60,894 bases of DNA from the IMG/VR virus record IMGVR_UViG_3300035661_004061. One strand, 5' to 3'. Shown here piece after piece: positions 31,414 to 41,284 of the stretch; positions within the stretch are counted from its first letter, which is position 1, and every line of letters starts with the position of its first letter. The translations under genes were made by a program, and so were the position numbers. The notes beneath the pieces were generated by a model. The model searched no databases, was not told the DNA's origin, and saw nothing but the letters and a program-made list of their open reading frames with translations. The stretch is from an uncultured virus (IMG/VR IMGVR_UViG_3300035661_004061) (Duplodnaviria > Heunggongvirae > Uroviricota > Caudoviricetes).

Positions 31414-31422
31414 AGGTTATAA

Positions 31423-32613
31423 ATGTTTCAACCTAAAAGTTTATCCGTTATTATACTTAAACCTACAAAGGCATGTAATGCCACTTGTACTCATTGTTCT
31501 TCTCCTCCTGATAGTTCCGAAAAAATAACATTAAATGAATTTGAAGAAATTTGTAAAAAAATTGAATATTATGTATCACCTAATGTAAATATAATATGGC
31601 ATGGTGGGGAACCTTTATTAATGGGAACAGAATATTATTATAAAGCAAAAGAAATAGCTTTAAAATATTTTCCAAATATGTACTTTTCAATGCAAACGAA
31701 TATGTTGATTTATAATGATGATGTTTTTAAAATGTTTAATGACGTTTTTAAACACATGATTTCAACTTCTTACGATTATTATACTGATATTAGACAAATA
31801 AATGGAAATATTGAAAAATATAAAAATAAATTTAATATTAATATGGAAAATTATTCTAAAGATTTAAAAGAAAAATATAATGTTATTAATAAAATGTATG
31901 TTGTTAATGTTATAGATAGAAAAAATTTAAAACATGCTTTAGACATTTATAATATAGCCAAAGAAAAACAATTTAACTTACGAGTAAATTATATTTATTC
32001 AGTAGGAAGATCTTTAGAAGATGGATCTTTTAATAATAATTTCAATCCTTTAATTCATATAACTCCTCAAGAATATGGAGAATTTTTGATTACAATTGCT
32101 AAAAATTATTTCAATGATGTGGAAAATTATTTCAATTCATTGAATATAATAAGAGTTGTACCAATTTATGATATGTTAAAAAATTATTTAAATAATAACA
32201 ATTCTTCTTTAGCTTTTAGTTGTCCTTGGACAAATAGTTGTACAGGACATTTTTTAGGTATAGAACCAAATAAAAATGTTTATAATTGTCCAGATTTAGC
32301 AGATGTTGACGGTTATATTTTTGGAAATATTATTGAAAATTCAGCAAAAGAAGTATTTTTTTCTGATAACGCTAAATTTTTATCAAAAAGAAGATATAAT
32401 TTACCAGAAGATTGTTTAAAATGTGAATATTTACAAGCTTGTCAAGGAGGTTGTATGAGGGATTCTTATATTTATAATGGTGATATTCATGGGAAATTTT
32501 TCTTTTGTGAATCTTGGAAAATGTTGTTCCATTATTTTGATACAATAAAAAAAGAAAACCTGATTTTTATATATAAAAAAATAGAAAATTTTCATTATCA
32601 AAGTTCTAAATAA
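31423..32613 (+). CDS. Radical SAM / SPASM domain protein (AnSME-like)
   Basis: CNATCTHC, WHGGEPLL, MQTN and SPASM cysteines C..C..YNC..CLKCEYLQACQGGC..C. Confidence 0.92.
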   Translation: MFQPKSLSVIILKPTKACNATCTHCSSPPDSSEKITLNEFEEICKKIEYYVSPNVNIIWHGGEPLLMGTEYYYKAKEIALKYFPNMYFSMQTNMLIYNDDVFKMFNDVFKHMISTSYDYYTDIRQINGNIEKYKNKFNINMENYSKDLKEKYNVINKMYVVNVIDRKNLKHALDIYNIAKEKQFNLRVNYIYSVGRSLEDGSFNNNFNPLIHITPQEYGEFLITIAKNYFNDVENYFNSLNIIRVVPIYDMLKNYLNNNNSSLAFSCPWTNSCTGHFLGIEPNKNVYNCPDLADVDGYIFGNIIENSAKEVFFSDNAKFLSKRRYNLPEDCLKCEYLQACQGGCMRDSYIYNGDIHGKFFFCESWKMLFHYFDTIKKENLIFIYKKIENFHYQSSK

Positions 32614-32687
32614 TATCGTAAATTTCTATTTTACTCTAAATTTATTATAATATATAAAATTAAGTATCTAAAATAGGAAGTTTAAGT

Positions 32688-33623
32688 ATGAAAATTAATT
32701 TATATTTATATTTATTGTTTTTTTCTATATTAAATGCAAGTGAAATAAAAACAACATTTAGCCCATTTTTAGAATATGAAAAAGCATTAAAAATTGAAAC
32801 TGATAATCCGAAAAATGATAATTTTTTATTAAATAAAGAAAAACAAAAAGAAATAATATCAATTGATAATCTTATAACTCCACAAAATCCTTCTCAAAAT
32901 ATCATTATTAAAAATTCTGAAAACAATATATCAAATATCAAAGACCTTTCTACTAAAAAAAATAAAATAAAAAGTATATCTAAAAAATTTTCAAATAATA
33001 ATAATGAAGCTAAAAATAGAAACATAAATGAAATAACAAATATAAATATTTTGGACAAACCCAAATCTATAAAACAAGAAAAAATTCCAAATGAAACTAT
33101 TCAAAAAAAAGAAATAGAAAAAGATATAAATAATACGGTTGACATTAAATTAAGTGACAATCAAACTAAAAATGAAGAAATTATATTTTCAAAATTTTTT
33201 CATAATATATTTTCATTTTTGAATAATAATGATAATAATGAAAATATATCAGATAAAAAAGATACAAAAAATATTGATATTTATGCAAAATCATTTTTAA
33301 ATCAAGAATATAATTTTGGTGCTTCAAATATGAATTCTGTTGATTGTTCTTTGTTTACTAAAAATGTTTTTGAAAAAGCAGGAATAAATTTACCAAGAAC
33401 AACATTAGATCAATCTAAATTAGGAAAAGAAATTCTCCTTTCAGAAGTTTCAAAAGGTGATTTGATATTTTTTGAAACTTACAAAAAAGGTCCTTCTCAT
33501 GTAGGAATTTATTTAGGAGACGGAAATATAATTCATGCTTCTTCGACAGCTAAAAAAGTAATTATAGATTCATTAAACAAAATGAAATTAAAAATATTGT
33601 TTGTAAAAAGAATAACTTCTTAA
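32688..33623 (+). CDS. Secreted NlpC/P60 (C40) peptidoglycan peptidase
   Basis: Signal peptide, DCS, LPRT, GDLIFF, SHVGIYLG and IHAS. Confidence 0.92.
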   Translation: MKINLYLYLLFFSILNASEIKTTFSPFLEYEKALKIETDNPKNDNFLLNKEKQKEIISIDNLITPQNPSQNIIIKNSENNISNIKDLSTKKNKIKSISKKFSNNNNEAKNRNINEITNINILDKPKSIKQEKIPNETIQKKEIEKDINNTVDIKLSDNQTKNEEIIFSKFFHNIFSFLNNNDNNENISDKKDTKNIDIYAKSFLNQEYNFGASNMNSVDCSLFTKNVFEKAGINLPRTTLDQSKLGKEILLSEVSKGDLIFFETYKKGPSHVGIYLGDGNIIHASSTAKKVIIDSLNKMKLKILFVKRITS

Positions 33624-33695
33624 ATTTTTTAAATTATATCTTATATTAAGTTTTTATTTGTTATAATTATATAAAAATAATAAATAGGTATAAAA

Positions 33696-35078
33696 ATGAC
33701 AAATCAAGAAATAACATTATTAAAAATTTTTTTAGAAAATGAATTTTTATCAAAAGTTGAAAAAGAACAAAATAAATTTGGTGATAATGGAGAAATTCAT
33801 TATGTTGGTGGTGCTGTTAGAGATGAATATATGAATATTCTTTTAAAAACAAATAAAATCATAAAAGATATAGATATTGCTACTAATTTAATTCCTGAAA
33901 ATATTAAAGAAATATGTTTAGAAATGAATATTCAAACAATAGATACAGGTTTAGCACATGGAACAATAACTATGATGATTCCTATTAACAATGAATTTAT
34001 ACCTGTTGAAATAACCACATTTAGAAAAGATGTTGAAACAGATGGAAGAAATGCAACAATAGAATATGCCAGAACAATAGAAGAAGATTTAAGTAGAAGA
34101 GATTTTACATTTAATGCAATGGCTATAAATTTAAAAACAAAAGAATTATTAGATCCTTTTAATGGTATGACAGATTTAAAAGAAAAAAATATTAAATTTG
34201 TAGGAAGTGGAGTTGATAGAATTAAAGAAGATCATTTAAGAATGATAAGAATGATTCGATTTTTATTTCAATTAAAATTTAATATAAATGAAACTTATTT
34301 TAATGAAGTTAAAGAAGTATTTAATATAAATGTATTATCAAAAGAACGAATAAAAATGGAAATGGATAAAATTATAGATAATCTAAATCCTAAAAACCTT
34401 AAATATATGAATCTTTTATTTGATTCCAATATATTATCTTCAGATTCTAATTTTGATTTGTTTAATAGTAAAAATATAAACAAATTTTCTATATCAATCA
34501 TAGAAGAATATATGAAAAATAATAATAAAGAAAACAAAATATTATTAAAATATTATGAAATATTAGAAAATATAGATGAAAATCATTTAATTAAAGTATT
34601 AAAATTTTCAAATGGTGAAGTATCAAAATTAATACAAATTAAAAAAATTAAAGAAGAATTTAAACAAAGTAAAAATCTTAATATAAGTTTAAAAAAATTA
34701 TTAAATTCTAAAATAGATAAAGAATTATTAAATGATGTTTGTTCATTTGAATATAAATTAAATTATGTATATAATTTTAATAGTGAAGTAAATCATGTAA
34801 AAGAATTAAATAATATTATAAAACATAAAGAACCTTATGAATTAAAAGATTTAGATATTTCTTCACAAGAAGTGGAAAATGTATTGGTTTTAAAATTAAG
34901 TGGAAAAGATTTTAGAAAAGAATATATTGGTAAATGTTTAAAATTTTTAATACAAAAAGTAATTGAAAATAAAGATTTAAACAATAAAAACAAATTAAAA
35001 GATTTAGTTAATACTTTTTTAATTGAAGAAAATTTAATTAATAAACCAGAAATAAAAGAAGAATATGAATTAAAATAA
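33696..35078 (+). CDS. cca: Class II tRNA nucleotidyltransferase (CCA-adding / poly(A) polymerase family)
   Basis: YVGGAVRD, DIDIAT, HGT, EITTFR, EDLSRRDFTFNAMA, DPFNG, EDHLRMIR and SKERI. Confidence 0.88.
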   Translation: MTNQEITLLKIFLENEFLSKVEKEQNKFGDNGEIHYVGGAVRDEYMNILLKTNKIIKDIDIATNLIPENIKEICLEMNIQTIDTGLAHGTITMMIPINNEFIPVEITTFRKDVETDGRNATIEYARTIEEDLSRRDFTFNAMAINLKTKELLDPFNGMTDLKEKNIKFVGSGVDRIKEDHLRMIRMIRFLFQLKFNINETYFNEVKEVFNINVLSKERIKMEMDKIIDNLNPKNLKYMNLLFDSNILSSDSNFDLFNSKNINKFSISIIEEYMKNNNKENKILLKYYEILENIDENHLIKVLKFSNGEVSKLIQIKKIKEEFKQSKNLNISLKKLLNSKIDKELLNDVCSFEYKLNYVYNFNSEVNHVKELNNIIKHKEPYELKDLDISSQEVENVLVLKLSGKDFRKEYIGKCLKFLIQKVIENKDLNNKNKLKDLVNTFLIEENLINKPEIKEEYELK

Positions 35079-35089
35079 TTAAAACTTAA

Positions 35090-36124
35090 TTATTTTAAAT
35101 AATTTGAATTTCCTAAGTCAACTTTTAAATTAAAATTCATTTTAGTTCCTAATAAGTTGCTTATTTCAGATTGTTTTTCTTTTATATAAATAAATTTAGT
35201 TGATTTTCCATATTTTTTAATTAATTCATTTTTCATTTCTATTTTTGTTGTAATGTTATCTACTAAAACATTTTTAATTTCAGACATATTTGCTATATAT
35301 ATTTTCCCATCAGCAAAGTCTTTTATTGTTTCTATACTTTTGTTTCTATTTTCTGAAACTCTTTGAATAAAATTCATATAAGTAGGTGTTAACATATGTT
35401 TTTCTAAATATTCTTTTGATTCAGGTGTAACACCCTTAAAATAACTTAATGGTTCTTTATATTTTCCAGAAGTAATTGTTTCTTCTTTAATCCCTAATTT
35501 ATCAGCAAATTCTTTTATATTATAATTAGGCATTATAACACCAATAGACCCTATTATAGCGTTTCTATTAGCATTTAACGGATGTATTGACGAAGCTATA
35601 TAATAAGCACCAGAAGCCGCTACATTCTCTACATACATAGAAACTGGCATTTTATTTTCATTAAAATCTTTTAAATATTCAGAAAGTTCTTCACTTGCTG
35701 TTGGAGAACCACCACCACTATTCATAACAATCATAATTTCTTGCCAATTTTTAGAACTTTTATCTTCGTAAATTGTATCCATTTCCTCAATAATCAGGTC
35801 AACATATTCATTCGTGATTTCTTGATTTATATTTATAATCCCAATTTTAGGATCAAAATTGTTCATTTTAATATTTTCATCTAATCCCATTGAAACAAAT
35901 AAACTAAAAGCTAATAAAATAAAAGAAGAAATTACAAATAAATAAATTGTTATTTTTAAATTTAATAAAAAATATAATTTTTTTTCTTTTTTTAAATTTA
36001 TTGTTTTTAAAAATTCTTTTTGCATTTCTTCAATAGTTTTTTTTGAAGATTTTTTTTCTTCTTTTTTAGGTTCTTCTTTACCTACAGTGATTTCAAGTTC
36101 TTTATTATTCACAGTTTTGTCCAT
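35090..36124 (-). CDS. sppA: S49 signal peptide peptidase, short form
   Basis: N-terminal TM, NSGGGS, AASGAYYIAS, GSIGV and SGKYK. Confidence 0.88.
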   Translation of the reverse strand: MDKTVNNKELEITVGKEEPKKEEKKSSKKTIEEMQKEFLKTINLKKEKKLYFLLNLKITIYLFVISSFILLAFSLFVSMGLDENIKMNNFDPKIGIININQEITNEYVDLIIEEMDTIYEDKSSKNWQEIMIVMNSGGGSPTASEELSEYLKDFNENKMPVSMYVENVAASGAYYIASSIHPLNANRNAIIGSIGVIMPNYNIKEFADKLGIKEETITSGKYKEPLSYFKGVTPESKEYLEKHMLTPTYMNFIQRVSENRNKSIETIKDFADGKIYIANMSEIKNVLVDNITTKIEMKNELIKKYGKSTKFIYIKEKQSEISNLLGTKMNFNLKVDLGNSNYLK

Positions 36125-36131
36125 TTAAATT

Positions 36132-36605
36132 TTATTCCCCACTTCTATTTTTAATTTTATACAAAATATCTTCACTTAATATTAATTGATTAAACTCAAA
36201 ATAATATTCCATAAATAAAGCATCCAAATTTGGGAAAACATTAATATTTTGTAAATATTTATCATAAATAATTAACTTTTCCTCAATTTCTTTGTTTTCT
36301 TTTATTTTAAAAAATTCTCCATTACTTATTATTTCTATATATTCTAAATCTAATATACTTTTTCTTATTGTTTTTGAAATATATTTTCTATATTTTATTT
36401 CCGAAGTATCGTTTTTATCTTCCTGATTTCCATTTTCAATAAATTGAATATTTTTATTTTCAGATTCATTATTGTCATTAGATATTTTATTTTTGGGATT
36501 AAAATCTGTAATGATATTTTTATCAGTAGTTTCTGTTATATTTTCAATAGCATATAAGTTAAAAGATAGGAATGAAAATAAAATAAAACAAGATATTTTA
36601 AACAT
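36132..36605 (-). CDS. Hypothetical exported protein
   Basis: Signal peptide ending LYA. Confidence 0.6.
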   Translation of the reverse strand: MFKISCFILFSFLSFNLYAIENITETTDKNIITDFNPKNKISNDNNESENKNIQFIENGNQEDKNDTSEIKYRKYISKTIRKSILDLEYIEIISNGEFFKIKENKEIEEKLIIYDKYLQNINVFPNLDALFMEYYFEFNQLILSEDILYKIKNRSGE

Positions 36606-36669
36606 ATTTTCATTCCTTTTAATTTTAATGCTATTATAATATAATTTTTATAAAAAATCAAAATAAAAA

Positions 36670-38577
36670 TTAATGATTTGTAAAACCAACCACTTTTTCA
36701 GAACCTTCAAATGAAGATTTAACTTCTTTTTTAATTTCGTCCATAAAATCTTCAATTTTAAAAATTAGTTCTTCTTCACGAACAGCGACTTTGTAAGCCG
36801 TATTTTTGACAATTAGATCTATTTGACCACCAGTTAATTCTTGAGTAATTAATTTATTTACTTCAAATCCTTCCTCATAATCAGCATCTTTTGGAAGATG
36901 TAATTTCCAAATTTTTTCTCTTTCTATTTTAGAAGGAGTTTTAAATTCTATTTTATAATTAAATCTTCTACTAAAAGCTTTATCAATATTATCAATAAGA
37001 TTTGTAGTAGCTATTATTATTCCGTCAAATCTTTCTATTTGTTCTAAAAATATATTTTGCATTTGATTATGCATATTATCTGAACTTCCGTTTGGATTTT
37101 CATTTCTTTTACTTAAAAATTGGTCAGCCTCATTTAATAGAAGAATAGGTTTAATACCAGTTTCTTTAACTATTTTAGTATATGTATTAAAAATCTCTTT
37201 TACATTTTTTTCAGATTCTCCTACATACATACTTAAAAGTTTAGAACAATCGAAACTTATTATTTTTTTTCCAATAGAATTAGCAAAAGCAACCGCCGCC
37301 ATAGTTTTACCTGTTCCAGGTTTTCCATGAAAAATAATTTTAGATTCTATATCATTACCATCTTTTTTAATTCCCCATTTTATAAGTCTATCTATAACTG
37401 TTTTATTTGTTTGTTTTATCAAAGAATATAACACTTCTTCCGTATCTTTATTTAAAATAACATCATTAAGTGTAATTTCACTTTCTATAATTTCAAAAAT
37501 AGGACTACTTTTTACAGAATTATAAAATAATTGAATTTTTTTAACTCGATCATTTTCATGTGTTTCTTCAATATTATTATTATCAAAACTTAACAATATT
37601 AATGTGTTTTCTTCAATATAATATATATAATTTAATTGTCCTGTTAAAGGATTTACTAATTTTTCTAATTTAATTATATCGTTTTTTAATAAATTACTAG
37701 TATAAATATATTTTCTAAAATCAGTTGAAGACATTTCTTTTTCTTTGTCGATTAAAAACGCTAAATCATTTTCAATATCTATATATTCTTGTTCATCTGT
37801 AAAATATTCTTGTTTTATTAAAGATATAAGAATTAATGTTTCAACTTCTGTTAATTTATGTTCTTGACAAAAATTTATTAATTTATTATGAAAAGCATTA
37901 TCAATAGAACGTTTTATAATATTTTTTTCTAATTTTTTGATATAAGAATTTAAATTTTTATATATTGGGGATTTTTTTGAATCAATTCCATTCTTAACCA
38001 TTTTATTTAAATTAATAATATTTTCTATATAAATAAATTGATCATTTAAATATTCGTCATAATTTTTATATTTATCAATTTCTATTATTTCAGGAATTGT
38101 TATTTCACCTTTGTTAAGTAATTCTAAAAATTCATTACTAATAAATATTCTTTTATTCAAAAAAGAATATTCGTCTTCTATATTTTTTTCTTCGTTATAT
38201 ACAGAAACCCAACCAATAGAAATAAGATTTTTCATATTTTTTAAAAATTTTAGATATTTAAAATCATTCTTATCATTTTCAAAATATGATAATTCTATAT
38301 CTGTTTTTAATAACTCTTTTGAAGAAATATTTTCAGACAATAATTCTTCGGTTGCCTTCAAATCACCTTCTAATCCCATAAATCTTTTATCATGAAAATC
38401 TTGAATGATATAGTTAATTACAACATATTCATTATTTGTTTCCAATAAAAATTTCAAGATAAATCTCATTAATTCGAAATCGGTTTTGTTACAATTCATT
38501 TTATGAAAAATATTTAAGTCTTCATATTTTTCAGTTGTTAAAAATTCTAATAAATTACTTTTCTTTTGTGTGCTCAT
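36670..38577 (-). CDS. AAA+ ATPase (Campylobacterota-type, C-terminal AAA domain)
   Basis: GKPGTGKT, SMYVGESEKNV, LLLNEAD, ATTN and AFSRRF. Confidence 0.9.
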   Translation of the reverse strand: MSTQKKSNLLEFLTTEKYEDLNIFHKMNCNKTDFELMRFILKFLLETNNEYVVINYIIQDFHDKRFMGLEGDLKATEELLSENISSKELLKTDIELSYFENDKNDFKYLKFLKNMKNLISIGWVSVYNEEKNIEDEYSFLNKRIFISNEFLELLNKGEITIPEIIEIDKYKNYDEYLNDQFIYIENIINLNKMVKNGIDSKKSPIYKNLNSYIKKLEKNIIKRSIDNAFHNKLINFCQEHKLTEVETLILISLIKQEYFTDEQEYIDIENDLAFLIDKEKEMSSTDFRKYIYTSNLLKNDIIKLEKLVNPLTGQLNYIYYIEENTLILLSFDNNNIEETHENDRVKKIQLFYNSVKSSPIFEIIESEITLNDVILNKDTEEVLYSLIKQTNKTVIDRLIKWGIKKDGNDIESKIIFHGKPGTGKTMAAVAFANSIGKKIISFDCSKLLSMYVGESEKNVKEIFNTYTKIVKETGIKPILLLNEADQFLSKRNENPNGSSDNMHNQMQNIFLEQIERFDGIIIATTNLIDNIDKAFSRRFNYKIEFKTPSKIEREKIWKLHLPKDADYEEGFEVNKLITQELTGGQIDLIVKNTAYKVAVREEELIFKIEDFMDEIKKEVKSSFEGSEKVVGFTNH

Positions 38578-38647
38578 TAAACAAAACCCCTTTAATATTT
38601 CAGTTGAATGTTATTATACTTAAATAAATAATTAATTCAATTTTTTT

Positions 38648-39553
38648 TTATATATATTTCGTATAATTTAAAGGTTTTTTAAATTTCATACTATTATAAT
38701 CCCCAAAAATAAATGCGATGTGTTCTTCAACTTCCGATAAATTTCCATTTATATTTTCTACATTTAAAACTTTTGAATTTACGAAAACAACATTTAAATT
38801 ATTAAATTCAGGATAAATTTCTTTTATATTTTTTATAGCATTGTTGATAATATTTCTAGTATGTGTAATATATTTATAATTTGTTTTAAATATTTCATTA
38901 AATTCATTTAAAGTAATTGTAAAAAATCTTATATTATTTAATCTGTTATATTTTATTATTAATTCAGATAATTTTAAAGCGTATAATGAATGAAAAGAAT
39001 TCATTTTTTGAATATCTAAAATTGTAAAAGTATTATTAAAATTAATAATTTCATCAAAAATCTTTTTATCCAATAAAAACTTAATCTCATTATATTCAAT
39101 CGGAGCACCATTTTTATTATATTTTTCGAATTCACTTTTCCATAATAAACTAGTAATTATTGTTTTATCTTCATATTCTATTTTAAAGGGTTGGCTCAAG
39201 TTAAATATACTATTTTTTAAAATTTTATAAAATCCCTTTTTTGAACTAAATTGTAATATTTTTCTTAATTCTGAATACTTTAAAATCATTTTATAGTATT
39301 CCTTTCCTTCATCTTCTATAAGTCGCATATTTGTATCTTTTATATGTTCTTTATTTGTAATTAAAAATATTAAAGTATTGAATAATTTCAAATCCAAAAC
39401 ATTATTTAAATTTTCTCTTTTTATTAAGCAATCGTTTTTAATAAATAAATTTTTATCATACATTTTTTTACTGGCATAATTAACAGCTGAATTTAATTTA
39501 TTATTAGTAATAATATCCATATTCAATTTTTCTTTCACAATATTTTTTTCCAC
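38648..39553 (-). CDS. Rep_3-family (RepA/RepB) plasmid replication initiator
   Basis: FTILDI....FHSLYALKLSELI, ITLNEFNEIF...Y and INNAIKNI follow the Rep_3 pattern. GGAGG lies 7 nt upstream of GTG at 39553 (track start 39601). The gene is adjacent to direct repeats. Confidence 0.75.
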   Translation of the reverse strand: MEKNIVKEKLNMDIITNNKLNSAVNYASKKMYDKNLFIKNDCLIKRENLNNVLDLKLFNTLIFLITNKEHIKDTNMRLIEDEGKEYYKMILKYSELRKILQFSSKKGFYKILKNSIFNLSQPFKIEYEDKTIITSLLWKSEFEKYNKNGAPIEYNEIKFLLDKKIFDEIINFNNTFTILDIQKMNSFHSLYALKLSELIIKYNRLNNIRFFTITLNEFNEIFKTNYKYITHTRNIINNAIKNIKEIYPEFNNLNVVFVNSKVLNVENINGNLSEVEEHIAFIFGDYNSMKFKKPLNYTKYI

Positions 39554-39918
39554 AAATACACCTCCATAAGAATAACTATCAAAAAATAAAACTTTAAACA
39601 AATTTTAAATTTTCGTTATGAGAAAACAAAATTTATGTATTGATTATTATAAGAATCTAAAATTTCAAAAATCATTTTTTTTAGTTATGTTTCTAGTCTT
39701 AAAACAAAAGTTACTTTAATTAATCATAAAACTATTTTATTTTTAAATTATAACACATAATTAATTTTTATCAAATCTATAATTTAAAAATTAATTTTTA
39801 ACAATCTTTCCAAAATATATTGGTGGAAATTCCTATATGCTTTTTTATATGCATCCTTTTATTAATATATTATTCTTCCTTTGTCAGTCAAAACATTTTT
39901 AATAAGATAGTTTTGAAT

Positions 39919-40073
39919 ATTATTTTGTGCAAAAGTGTAGGTGTGATTTTACATATTATTGATTATTTTGTGCAAAAGTGTAGGTGTGATTTTACATATT
40001 ATTAATTATTTTGTGCAAAAGTGTAGGTGTGATTTTACATATTATTGATTATTTTGTGCAAAAGTGTAGGTGT
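39919..40073. repeat. Iteron-like array, about 3.6 tandem copies of a 43-bp unit; putative replication origin
   Basis: attattttgtgcaaaagtgtaggtgtgattttacatattatt(g/a) starts at 39919, 39962, 40005 and 40048; non-coding, upstream of rep, beside an AT-rich tract. Confidence 0.85.
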
Positions 40074-40082
40074 ATATATTTC

Positions 40083-41267
40083 TTAAAAAAAAGATATATC
40101 TAATTTTTCAGAATCACAAATAGAATTTTCATTTAATTGATTTAACAATTTTTTATTATTTTTTTTTAAAATATTATATTCTGTTTCATTTTTTTCTTTT
40201 AAAAATTTATTAAGTTTGTTTAAAATTTTTTTATTATTTAGATCATTAGAATTATTTAAAAATATTATTTTATTTTTATTTTCATTAAAAACTAAAACAT
40301 CTTTATCTAATAAATAAATATTTTCAAAATTTATATTATTTATTTTTTCAAAACAATCTATCATAAATTTTTTGCTATTATTTATTTCATTATTTGAATT
40401 ATATCCCGTTATAAAAGTTTCATTATTTTGAGTTTCAATAATAATATGATATTTATTTCCTTTTATATTTTTAATATTTGAAATACCTTCAATTTTTGTA
40501 AAATTAGATATGATATATTTTTGATTTATTCCTAATATTCCATAATTATTATTTCCACAAGCAAAAACTTCACCATATTCATTTTCTATAATTGTACTAT
40601 TACCTATACAAAATATAGTTTTGGGATTAAAAAAAGGAAGTTTTTTAAAATCCTTTGAAAAAAACAAATGTTCGTATCCAAGTTGTCCTTTTTGATTGTT
40701 TCCACGTCCCCAAACTTCCCCGTTTTCATCTTCTACGATTGTATGATTATCCCCACATATAATTTTTTTAGAATTTTTATATATTTCATCATTTAATAAA
40801 AATATATCATTTATATTATACATATTTTCTTTAGTTAATTGTCCATGAATATTTTTTCCACAACCCCAAACATCTCCATTTTCATCTTTAATGATTGTAT
40901 GATTTTCTCCGCCAACTATTATTTGTGGTTTTTTGATATTAAATTTTATTTTATTAAACCCTGTAATAATATTATTTGTAATTTTTGTATTTTGTATTTG
41001 TGATAATTCCCCATATTCAGTTAGACCTATTCCTATAATTTCATTTGTTTTATTACTAAAAATAATATTATTTTCCCTTATTAAAATAATATTTTTTAAA
41101 TTAATGAAATTGGTTGTTTCTTTTAAATCTATAAAATGGTTAGGCATGAAATTTCCTATAATATCTAATCCCAACTGTCCATAACGATTATTTCCAGATA
41201 CATATATTTTATTTTTGTAAGATATGTATATTTGTTTTTTAACAATATTTAAATCAAATATTTTCAT
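40083..41267 (-). CDS. RCC1/BLIP-II repeat beta-propeller protein
   Basis: Repeated GxNxxGQLG, GENHTII, CGDNHTIV and VWGCG units. Confidence 0.88.
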   Translation of the reverse strand: MKIFDLNIVKKQIYISYKNKIYVSGNNRYGQLGLDIIGNFMPNHFIDLKETTNFINLKNIILIRENNIIFSNKTNEIIGIGLTEYGELSQIQNTKITNNIITGFNKIKFNIKKPQIIVGGENHTIIKDENGDVWGCGKNIHGQLTKENMYNINDIFLLNDEIYKNSKKIICGDNHTIVEDENGEVWGRGNNQKGQLGYEHLFFSKDFKKLPFFNPKTIFCIGNSTIIENEYGEVFACGNNNYGILGINQKYIISNFTKIEGISNIKNIKGNKYHIIIETQNNETFITGYNSNNEINNSKKFMIDCFEKINNINFENIYLLDKDVLVFNENKNKIIFLNNSNDLNNKKILNKLNKFLKEKNETEYNILKKNNKKLLNQLNENSICDSEKLDISFF

Positions 41268-41284
41268 AATTCATCCTTAAAATT

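Noticed and set aside
39919..40073. 43-bp repeats as a CRISPR array, and the overlapping ORF 39820..40005
   Set aside because: The units are contiguous with no unique spacers and no cas genes are present. The ORF is a by-product of the repeat region.
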